A stretch of 64,000 bases of DNA, from assembly GCA_964609895.1 (NCBI GenBank), contig CAZSTG010000004.1:16288-80287 (forward strand), in the 5' to 3' direction. Below are positions 21,102 through 28,691 of this stretch, piece by piece; the stretch's first letter is position 1, and each line of letters starts with the position of its first letter. The DNA comes from an uncultured Gammaproteobacteria bacterium (GTDB lineage Bacteria; Patescibacteriota; Microgenomatia; UBA10105; UBA927). Under the pieces are notes generated by a model, which saw nothing but the letters and a program-made list of their open reading frames with translations, was not told the DNA's origin and searched no databases. The translations under genes were made by a program, and so were the position numbers.

Positions 21102-21962
21102 TTATAACTCTTCAAGCTTCACGTTCTCGGACTGTTGTCCTTTGATAAGCTCCAGATATTTTTCCGTTGTTGACAACCGTTTATGTCCAACCAGCTTGGA
21201 AAGCGTCATAATCGGAGTACCTGCCATCAGATGATGGGCGATAAACGTGTGACGGAGATCATTGACTTTCGCACCCTCGATACCTGCAATCCTGAAGTAC
21301 CGGTCAATCGCGGTACGGATGTTCCGAATAAGGAGCGGTCTTCCTGTTTTTGTAATAAAGAGCGCATTGCTTTTTGCTTCGCTGTTTCTGATTGCCATAT
21401 ATTTACGAAGCGCTTCAAGAGCTGCTTTATTTAATGGCACCATTCGTTCCTCATGACCTTCCTGACTTGCAATGTGCAGTTCCGTTGCTTTGACATCACT
21501 GAGTGTAAGTGAAGCAAGCTCTCCTATACGAACACCGGTCTGCAAAAACAACTCAACGATTGCATACATCCGGATATCACCCCGACACGCGTCACGAAGA
21601 GCTCGGTATTCCAGCTTAGACAAAATCCGTGGCGGTTTTACATCATATTTCGGGTGTTCCACCTCAAGTGCAGGATCCGAGGCAATCAAATTGGAAATTT
21701 TCAGGAACCGAAAATAGGTTTTAATGGAATTGATTTTTCTCGACACTGACTTTGGGGTATAGCTGTCACTGGTAAGTTTCTTCAGAAATGCATCAATTTC
21801 GTCTTTTGTAATGTCTCCTACGGACTTTTTTTCTGCCGTCTGAAAAAACGTCAACATTTGGTCAATGTCTTTTTTATATGCTACGATGGTAGCACGTGCC
21901 CGCTTTCGGGACAGCAGATATTCAACAAACTGTTCATTTGTAGCCTTAAGATCAACACTCAT
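21102..21962 (-). CDS. XerC/D-like tyrosine recombinase-family protein
   Basis: SAM-like N-domain, TGVRIGEL, NDLRHTF, LVGHKRLSTTEKY. Confidence 0.85.
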   Translation of the reverse strand: MSVDLKATNEQFVEYLLSRKRARATIVAYKKDIDQMLTFFQTAEKKSVGDITKDEIDAFLKKLTSDSYTPKSVSRKINSIKTYFRFLKISNLIASDPALEVEHPKYDVKPPRILSKLEYRALRDACRGDIRMYAIVELFLQTGVRIGELASLTLSDVKATELHIASQEGHEERMVPLNKAALEALRKYMAIRNSEAKSNALFITKTGRPLLIRNIRTAIDRYFRIAGIEGAKVNDLRHTFIAHHLMAGTPIMTLSKLVGHKRLSTTEKYLELIKGQQSENVKLEEL

Positions 21963-22074
21963 ATACTGTATATTTTTGAAGCAGGACTAATAATGAGGCA
22001 ATCGCCTCAGGCAAGATAAAGCCTATAATATCACATATAAACGACAATAACAAGGCATAAAAAATAAATACGCT

Positions 22075-22425
22075 ATGAAGCAAAAACCCATAGTTCGATT
22101 ATTCCCATTTCTGCTGCTCATTAGCCTCATTTTTGGGTGTATTAGCCTCATTTCCTCCATCTCATCCACGATGAAACGACAAAATGCGAGAGAGGAACGG
22201 GAAAAAATCCTATTTTCTTTACAAAAACGAGAGGCTGAGCTTCAAAAAACGCTCGAATTTGCTAAATCTCCAGAATTTATTGAATCTGAGGCACGAACAA
22301 AGCTCAATATGGCTCGTCCAGGGGAAACAATTATCCTTATGGATCAGAGTCGGGGAAACACGGAGATACTGGAAAAAACCGATGCAAAGACCAATTGGAA
22401 AATCTGGTGGGAGTTATTTAACTAA
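22075..22425 (+). CDS. Septum formation initiator (FtsB/DivIC family)
   Basis: TM, coiled coil, FIESEARTKLNMARPGE. Confidence 0.8.
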   Translation: MKQKPIVRLFPFLLLISLIFGCISLISSISSTMKRQNAREEREKILFSLQKREAELQKTLEFAKSPEFIESEARTKLNMARPGETIILMDQSRGNTEILEKTDAKTNWKIWWELFN

Positions 22426-22430
22426 ACTTG

Positions 22431-22502
22431 TGTCAGCGGCGGGGATCGGACCTGCGACACACGCCTTATGAAGGCGCTGCTCTACCACTGAGCTACGCTG
22501 AC
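22431..22502 (-). tRNA. tRNA with CAT anticodon (elongator Met or Ile2), CCA not encoded
   Basis: GTCAGCG TA GCTC AGTGGTA GAGC A GCGCC TTCATAA GGCGT GTGTC GCAGG TCCGATC CCCGC CGCTGAC A. Confidence 0.85.
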
Positions 22503-22555
22503 AATTGAAGCTATTGTACGGGATTTACCCAGCAAAAACAACCATTAATACAGAA

Positions 22556-22683
22556 GAATGTGTGGTCGTGCCGGCAAAAGATTGGTTGCCACACTCTACC
22601 CAGTCGGTTGTAGTGTTTACACCAGTTCCGAAAGGAATGTAGGTTTCTTTCAAAAAAGATGTGGCAGTGTGCCCAACACATTC
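22556..22683 (+). ncRNA. Candidate structured non-coding RNA of unknown family
   Basis: Nested inverted repeats GAATGTGT/ACACATTC and TGCCACA/TGTGGCA enclosing three hairpins, one with a GAAA tetraloop. Confidence 0.4.
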
Positions 22684-22743
22684 ACCGCCTCGCTATACAA
22701 AATGGTCAAAATCAGGTATACTCAGCTTTGTTCTTTAACGAAC

Positions 22744-22813
22744 CGCGGGGTAGTGTAAAGTTGCACAGAAGGCTCATAATCTTCTAGACCAGGTGCGATT
22801 CCTGGCTCCGCAA
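22744..22813 (+). tRNA. Initiator-type tRNA-Met (CAT), atypical
   Basis: CGCGGGG...CTCCGCA A with C1xA72 mismatch; anticodon loop CTCATAA. Confidence 0.85.
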
Positions 22814-22829
22814 CAAAGTTGACGACGTA

Positions 22830-22838
22830 TGCTATACT
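22830..22838 (+). promoter_or_regulatory. Extended -10 promoter for the T-box leader
   Basis: TGcTATACT immediately after tRNA-iMet. Confidence 0.55.
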
Positions 22839-22844
22839 AGTTGC

Positions 22845-23129
22845 CAAGTGAATAAATGTCACAGGAAGATTGATTGGGATCTTCCTATCGATGAAAATCG
22901 AGACTGAGAAGGCTACCTGCGCATTGAGCGAGGATGTCTGATCCAGAAGCTTACCTGTAAAAATAAAGCGCCATGTGTCGCGTTCCTGCGGAGCATGTAA
23001 TAAGATTTCTTACATGTCCCTCGCATAGGCGGGGGATTTTTGTAAGCGATGAAACAAGGTGGAACAGCCTTTTTATGTAGGCCCTTGTAAGTTACCAAAA
23101 CTATTTTGGTGATTTACAAGGGCTTTTTT
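22845..23129 (+). promoter_or_regulatory. T-box-type leader (transcription attenuator)
   Basis: Antiterminator CAAGG-TGGAACA-GCCT...AGGC-CCTTG (23055-23087) overlaps a strong terminator; Stem III-like hairpin at 23017-23036. Confidence 0.82.
23081..23129 (+). terminator. Intrinsic terminator of the T-box leader
   Basis: GCCCTTGTAAGTTACCAAAA-CTA-TTTTGGTGATTTACAAGGGC followed by TTTTTT. Confidence 0.9.
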
Positions 23130-23136
23130 CGTTTGT

Positions 23137-23207
23137 AGGGGTGTAGTGAAACGGTATCACGGCAGTCTCCAAAACTGCTATTTCAGGTTCAAATCCTGAC
23201 ACCCCTG
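23137..23207 (+). tRNA. trnW: tRNA-Trp (CCA), 3' CCA not encoded
   Basis: AGGGGTG...GCAGT CTCCAAA ACTGC...TCAGG TTCAAAT CCTGA CACCCCT G. Confidence 0.95.
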
Positions 23208-23297
23208 CCTATGAATCACTATACACAAACATCGTGGAGGACATACTGGCGAAGCAATTCGTTTGTATTAACCCGTAAAAATTTTGGAAAAGGAACT

Positions 23298-24599
23298 ATG
23301 AAAAAACAAAATAATGAAATACTAGCAAAAACATATTTGAACTTACCGCACTTTTTAAAAAAGTATGGGGTAGGTTTGCCGGATCCGTATTTGCACCCAA
23401 AAACAAAAAAGGTGCTGCAACCTGAAGATCTAGCGCCAATTTTTCCGCGTGAACTCATACGACAGGAAACAACATTGAAAAAATCAGTAGTGATACCGGA
23501 TGAGGTGTATGAGCTGTATAAAACTTACAGACCATCCCCATTATTGCGGCTGCGGCGGCTTGAAAAACGGCTAGGGACGCCTGCGCATATCTATGCAAAA
23601 TATGAAGGCGTCTCGCCTGTGGGAAGCCACAAATTTAATACTGCCTTGGCACAGGCCTATTACAACAAAAAGGAGGGGATAACGACGCTCACAACGGAAA
23701 CGGGTGCAGGACAGTGGGGGTCAGCACTAACACTCGCAACAAGAATGTTTGGGATGAAGTGCATTGTCTTCATGGTGCAGAGTTCGTATGACCAAAAACC
23801 GTACAGAAAAACGGTCATGCATCTCTATGGAGGAGTGGTACATGCAAGTCCGTCGACCAACACCACTTCAGGAAGACAATTTCTTAAAGACTATCCGCAT
23901 ACGAATGGCAGTTTGGGGATGGCGATATCTGAAGCGATTGAAACTGCAGTTTGTGGTAAGAACACAAGATACGCGCTGGGCAGTGCGCTCAATCACGTGA
24001 TGCTGCATCAAACCATCATCGGTCAGGAAGCGAAAAAACAGTTAGAACAGACAGATACATGTCCTGACATAATCATCGGCTGTTGCGGAGGAGGAAGTAA
24101 TTTCGCAGGAATCGCATTTCCTTTTCTTGCGGACAAATTAGCGGGTAAAACGAAAAACACTCGCTTTATCGCAGTTGAACCAACGGCATGTCCGTCGCTC
24201 ACTAAGGGCGAGTACCGCTATGATTATGGTGATACTGCAGGGATGACACCCCTCATGAAAATGTATACCGTCGGCAGCGGATATATACCGTCGCCGATTC
24301 ATGCAGGAGGACTTCGATACCACGGAGTGGCACCACTCGTAAGTTTTTTATATCATAAAAAACTCATCGAAGCTGCCGCATATGGACAGAAAGAAGTATT
24401 TGATGCAGCAAAGCTCTTTATTGAAACCGAAGGCATTATTCCTGCACCGGAATCAGCACACGCGATTAAACATGTGTTAGTTGAAGCGCTACGGGCGAAA
24501 AAAGAAGAGAAAAAGAAAACAATTCTGTTTAATTTGTCGGGACATGGACTGTTGGATCTCGGCGCGTATGAAACATATTTGGAAGGAAAAATGAAATAA
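23298..24599 (+). CDS. trpB2: TrpB2 (type 2 tryptophan synthase beta-like PLP enzyme)
   Basis: YRPSPL, GSHKFNTA (PLP Lys), ETGAGQWG, GGGSN, IHAGGLRYHG, PAPESAHA, NLSGHG; SD before ATG 23298. Confidence 0.92.
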   Translation: MKKQNNEILAKTYLNLPHFLKKYGVGLPDPYLHPKTKKVLQPEDLAPIFPRELIRQETTLKKSVVIPDEVYELYKTYRPSPLLRLRRLEKRLGTPAHIYAKYEGVSPVGSHKFNTALAQAYYNKKEGITTLTTETGAGQWGSALTLATRMFGMKCIVFMVQSSYDQKPYRKTVMHLYGGVVHASPSTNTTSGRQFLKDYPHTNGSLGMAISEAIETAVCGKNTRYALGSALNHVMLHQTIIGQEAKKQLEQTDTCPDIIIGCCGGGSNFAGIAFPFLADKLAGKTKNTRFIAVEPTACPSLTKGEYRYDYGDTAGMTPLMKMYTVGSGYIPSPIHAGGLRYHGVAPLVSFLYHKKLIEAAAYGQKEVFDAAKLFIETEGIIPAPESAHAIKHVLVEALRAKKEEKKKTILFNLSGHGLLDLGAYETYLEGKMK

Positions 24600-24607
24600 G
24601 AAAGAAA

Positions 24608-24632
24608 GCGGGCGGGAACATACCCCGCCCGC
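24608..24632. other. GC-rich intergenic hairpin between trpB2 and trpS
   Basis: GCGGGCGGG-AACATAC-CCCGCCCGC; a U-tract follows only on the minus strand. Confidence 0.6.
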
Positions 24633-24674
24633 ATGTATAAATACAAATGATACAATGAAGGAAAGGAACATTAT

Positions 24675-26045
24675 ATGAAACGAATATTGTCAGGCATCAC
24701 ACCAAGCGGGGATGGGACACTCCACATAGGAAACTATCTCGGCGCGGTAAAACAGTTTATTGACATGGCTCGCACTAATGAGTGCTTTCTTTTTGTGGCT
24801 GATTTACACGCACTCACCACTATCCAAAATAAAAATCAGTTACAAAAAAATGTAGAGTCACTCATTCTTAATGAGCTAGCTTTACTGAAAGGATTCTTAA
24901 CACCAGAAGAATTTGAAAGGCTTGTTTTTTACAGACAATCTGACCTTGCAGGAATGCATCCGGAACTGCAAACAATTCTGAACAACATAACACCGCTTGG
25001 CCTGTTAAAACGAGCGCATGCGTACAAAGACAAACTACAAAAAGACATCATGGAAGATGACATCAATGTCGGGTTATTTTGCTACCCGATTCTCATGGCA
25101 TCAGACATTCTGCTCTACAAGCCAGATCTTGTACCAGTTGGGAAAGACCAAAAACAGCATGTGGAAATTGCCAGAGATGTCGCAGAGCGGTTTAACCGCG
25201 TCTACAAAAAACAAATATTCAAACTTCCGGAACCGTTTATTCCGGAATCAGTCGCCACCATTCTTGGCACCGACGGAAAAAGGAAAATGAGCAAGTCCTT
25301 AGGAAATATCATTTCTATTTTTGAGTCCGAAGACACAATCAAAAAACAGGTAATGGCAACATACACCGATCCGACACGGGCTCACGCTACAGACGCTGGA
25401 CATATCGAAGGAAACATGGTGTTTACATACCTCGACTTTTTTGGGAAAAAGGAAAAAGTAGATGAAATGAAAAATGCGTACACGAAGGGGCAAATAGCAG
25501 ATGTTGAAGTCAAACACTATTTATATGATTCTTTGCTGAAATACTTTCAAAACGCACGCGCTGCATATGAAGAGCTTAAAAATAATCAGGGAATGGTCAA
25601 GGAAATTTTGTCAAAAGGAAAAGAAAAAGCTATAGCCGTTGCAGAACAGACAATAAAAGAGGTCAGAGAGACAATCGGACTGCAAAACATCTATTCTCTT
25701 GGGGAAAGCAAAAAAACAGTCATTTCCATCGATGATTTTGCCGCCGTAGATATCAGAGTGGGGAAGGTAGAATCCGCTGAACATGTGGAAAAAAGTGAAA
25801 AACTGATCCGTCTCCACATAAACTTTGGCAATTTAGGAAAGCGGATTATTTTCACTGGCGTCAGACAATATGGATATACGGCCGACAGCTTTATCGGAAA
25901 ACAGTTTTTCTTTATCGTGAATCTTGCCCCACGAAAGATGATGGGTGAAGAATCACAGGGAATGATCATGGCCGCTGATGCGGAGGATGGAAAACCAATA
26001 TTTTTATCAGGCGACAATCTTCCTCTTGGATCAAAAATACGGTAA
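24675..26045 (+). CDS. trpS: Tryptophan--tRNA ligase fused to a C-terminal Trbp111/CsaA-like tRNA-binding OB domain
   Basis: SGITPSG..LHIGNY, VPVGKDQKQH, KMSKS; C-terminal IDDFAAVDIRVGKV...NLAPRKMMGEESQGMIM. Confidence 0.95.
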   Translation: MKRILSGITPSGDGTLHIGNYLGAVKQFIDMARTNECFLFVADLHALTTIQNKNQLQKNVESLILNELALLKGFLTPEEFERLVFYRQSDLAGMHPELQTILNNITPLGLLKRAHAYKDKLQKDIMEDDINVGLFCYPILMASDILLYKPDLVPVGKDQKQHVEIARDVAERFNRVYKKQIFKLPEPFIPESVATILGTDGKRKMSKSLGNIISIFESEDTIKKQVMATYTDPTRAHATDAGHIEGNMVFTYLDFFGKKEKVDEMKNAYTKGQIADVEVKHYLYDSLLKYFQNARAAYEELKNNQGMVKEILSKGKEKAIAVAEQTIKEVRETIGLQNIYSLGESKKTVISIDDFAAVDIRVGKVESAEHVEKSEKLIRLHINFGNLGKRIIFTGVRQYGYTADSFIGKQFFFIVNLAPRKMMGEESQGMIMAADAEDGKPIFLSGDNLPLGSKIR

Positions 26046-26070
26046 ACAGAGGTGAAATAAGAAGATTATT

Positions 26071-27123
26071 CTATATCCTCAACTTCTTTGTCGGATGCGC
26101 GATTGCATGATACAACACACTTACGCAAAGCGTTGCAACAAAAGACAGGAGTAAACGAATGCCATATCCCAGATGAAAAGAAACGCCCACATGCTCCAAA
26201 AAAAACCGTATTATTGGCAGCTGAAACATAATAAATTCAAAACTAATGGCGCCAAGAAACAGAAAAATGTTTTTAGATAACAGCCAAGAAACTGAACCTC
26301 TGGCATAGGCAAAAAGCAACAGACATATACTCACGCTTGGCAGAAAAAACATGCTAAAACGGTATGCATCGGGAACATATTCCGCCAGAAAAATACTCAT
26401 TCCTAGAATACTTATGCTCTCCAGTTCTAGCACGGTTGCTATCCGGCGGGTAAAATGTTTCGTCATTGGATGAGATACAAAAAAAACGTATAACAGCATC
26501 CCTGTTACAAACTCGAATATTTTCGAAAATGGCGATATATATAAAAAATACGCCGCGTGACGCACACCAAAAAAATAGATGATGAAAAATTCTATCATCC
26601 AAAGCAATAAAATTGTTGACCATGAATGAAATCGATAGATGACCCGCAAGAGAAAGGGGAACGCTATCCAGCAAAAAATTAACGAGGATAAACTCCAAGC
26701 AACAGAATTAAAGGAATAGGCATATTGCAGTGAAGGAATATACGATTGCAGTAACAGCAGATTCGCTATCAACATGCTCCAAAATCGTTCTCCATATTCA
26801 TGAACAACAAAAGGAATGGTTATTCCCAACGTTAACAGGTGCAGGGGAAGAATTCGTTTCAGACGTTTGAGGCCATATGTTCCCCAATCAAACGTATGTG
26901 TTTGCAAACGCCACTGATAATTTGCCGTCAGTAAAAAACCGGAAAGAATAAAAAACGCGGTCGTCCCCGCATACCCATATGCAAGAAGCGGCATTTCTAG
27001 CAGATTAATAAAGGGGATCGCGCGAAATAACAGTGTATGATTTAAAAAAATAGCGATAGCTGCAAAAAAACGAATGGAAGTAAGCGGCAGTATACGATGA
27101 AAACTTTTTTCCAACACGCGCAT
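26071..27123 (-). CDS. Acyltransferase-3 (OafA-like) membrane O-acyltransferase
   Basis: LTSIRFFAA, FFILSGFLL, KRLKRILP, AWSLS; multi-TM. Confidence 0.85.
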   Translation of the reverse strand: MRVLEKSFHRILPLTSIRFFAAIAIFLNHTLLFRAIPFINLLEMPLLAYGYAGTTAFFILSGFLLTANYQWRLQTHTFDWGTYGLKRLKRILPLHLLTLGITIPFVVHEYGERFWSMLIANLLLLQSYIPSLQYAYSFNSVAWSLSSLIFCWIAFPFLLRVIYRFHSWSTILLLWMIEFFIIYFFGVRHAAYFLYISPFSKIFEFVTGMLLYVFFVSHPMTKHFTRRIATVLELESISILGMSIFLAEYVPDAYRFSMFFLPSVSICLLLFAYARGSVSWLLSKNIFLFLGAISFEFIMFQLPIIRFFLEHVGVSFHLGYGIRLLLSFVATLCVSVLYHAIAHPTKKLRI

Positions 27124-27142
27124 AGTTCTTCTTAATCATTTG

Positions 27143-27844
27143 TTAAGACACATGTTTCTCTTTCGATTCCGACACAACTTTTCCCTTCTCCAAATGAATG
27201 ATACGTTGAAATAAATATTTAAACTTTTCTATAGTGTGCGAGCTGGCAACCACTGTTATATCCTTTTGACGAATTAAGCGCTGCAATGTCCTTTTTGTTT
27301 TTCGTCTATAATTAGCATCACCCACGTTAATCATTTCATCAAGTATCAGAATATCGGGCTCTGAATGAATGGCTATTGCAAAACCTAGCCGTAACATCAT
27401 TCCGCTTGAATACGTAAACAACGGCACATCAATAAACCTTCCTATGTCGGCATATGTAATAATTGCTGCGAGTTTCTGATCTATCTCCTTCTTCGACATA
27501 CCAAGCAACATACCGTTAATATAGATATTTTGTAGGCCGGTTAGATCACTGTGAAATCCTGCTTCAAGTCCAATAAGCGATATTATTTTCCCTTCGGTGT
27601 AAACCCGACCACGGGTCGGTGTACAGATACCGGAAAGAATTTTTAAAAGGGTCGTTTTCCCTGATCCGTTGGGACCAACGAAACCGACGCTTTCACCCTT
27701 ATGAATAGTTAAATTAATGGTGTCGAGAGCGAGAAACCGTTCGTCTTTGCCATTAATAAGTTTTTCAACAAGAGTAGGTTTTTCATGATGGATAATATAC
27801 TCTTTGGATATATGATCCAGTTTAATAGCAACAGTATTTTTCAT
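27143..27844 (-). CDS. wzt: Polysaccharide ABC exporter ATPase (Wzt/TagH)
   Basis: GPNGSGKTT, YSSGMMLRLGFA, ILILDE. Confidence 0.9.
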   Translation of the reverse strand: MKNTVAIKLDHISKEYIIHHEKPTLVEKLINGKDERFLALDTINLTIHKGESVGFVGPNGSGKTTLLKILSGICTPTRGRVYTEGKIISLIGLEAGFHSDLTGLQNIYINGMLLGMSKKEIDQKLAAIITYADIGRFIDVPLFTYSSGMMLRLGFAIAIHSEPDILILDEMINVGDANYRRKTKRTLQRLIRQKDITVVASSHTIEKFKYLFQRIIHLEKGKVVSESKEKHVS

Positions 27845-27848
27845 AGTA

Positions 27849-28616
27849 TTAAATCCAATCATCAAAATTTTTACTCTCTCTCCGAAAGATAAGAATGCCA
27901 AGTGCCGCTATCAAAACAATCAGAGCACTATTTATCTGAAGCATCCGAGAACTCGGAAAAGGCAGGTTTAAAAAACTGTGCTGCAATATAAGAACAATAG
28001 ACGTCATGGGATTAAAATTCCATAAAAAAAGTAATCGTTCTGGAATAACAGACAGGGTATACACAATGGGTGTCGCGTAGAACCACACGGTAAGGAGTGC
28101 TTGAGTAAAAAATGCGACATCACGATATTTTACATGAAGGGCACTTGTCAGAAGACTTAAGCCGGTAGTAAAAACCAACAATAGTATGAGTGCAAAAAAC
28201 AGACTCGGCAGCCTTGCAATAACCTCAAATCCGCCTACTGTTGCGATAATTCCCAATATAAAAAGCGCTAATAAAAAATTAAAAAAATCTGCTAAAATGA
28301 TGGACATCGGAATTACTTCTCTAGGAAAAGCTGCTTTTTTTACCAAAGACCGTTCGTGGACAATGCATTGAGTCGTCTTAGAAAGGGAAATATTAAAAAA
28401 CCCCCATGCCAATAATCCCGTAAACAAATAATAATACTGATTTTGTATTTGCTGCTTAAAAATAAACTGGAAAATAAACCCGATGACAAGCATCTGCAGC
28501 ACTGGATTAATCACCATCCATAAAAAACCAAAAGCTGTATGTTTATAACGTACACGCAATTCTTTATCCGTTAAAGTAAATAACAGTGATATAAAATACC
28601 GTAAGCGCTTCATCAT
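27849..28616 (-). CDS. wzm: Polysaccharide ABC exporter permease (Wzm/TagG)
   Basis: ELRVRYKHTAFGFLWMVINP, FYATPIVY, NPMT. Confidence 0.9.
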   Translation of the reverse strand: MMKRLRYFISLLFTLTDKELRVRYKHTAFGFLWMVINPVLQMLVIGFIFQFIFKQQIQNQYYYLFTGLLAWGFFNISLSKTTQCIVHERSLVKKAAFPREVIPMSIILADFFNFLLALFILGIIATVGGFEVIARLPSLFFALILLLVFTTGLSLLTSALHVKYRDVAFFTQALLTVWFYATPIVYTLSVIPERLLFLWNFNPMTSIVLILQHSFLNLPFPSSRMLQINSALIVLIAALGILIFRRESKNFDDWI

Positions 28617-28691
28617 CAAGGGGATTATACTACATACTGTTCCTTTTTTGTCTATGGTATGATAAGAAAAACGCATTCCAACAATGAATAT

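Noticed and set aside
21994-22009. Hairpin TGAGGC-AATC-GCCTCA upstream of the recombinase as a dif or recombination site
   Set aside because: It is too short and does not resemble the 11-6-11 dif organisation.
21102-22502. Integrative element (tyrosine recombinase near a tRNA)
   Set aside because: Flanks are housekeeping (valS, divIC-like); no duplicated tRNA 3' end or cargo was seen.
22615-22643. SRP (4.5S) RNA, suggested by TTTACACCAGTTCC-GAAA-GGAA
   Set aside because: The conserved CAGG/AGCA symmetric loop is absent; kept only as an unknown structured RNA.
22913-23098. 61 aa minus-strand ORF and 66 aa ORF 22558..22758, as possible leader peptides
   Set aside because: They overlap RNA structures or a tRNA and have no Trp-codon run or recognisable protein features.
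23211-23297. N-terminal extension of TrpB2 with two Trp codons as a ribosome-stalling attenuator
   Set aside because: Its ATG lies 3 nt after the tRNA 3' end with no SD, it is in frame with TrpB2, and no terminator follows; ATG 23298 has an SD. Not fully excluded.
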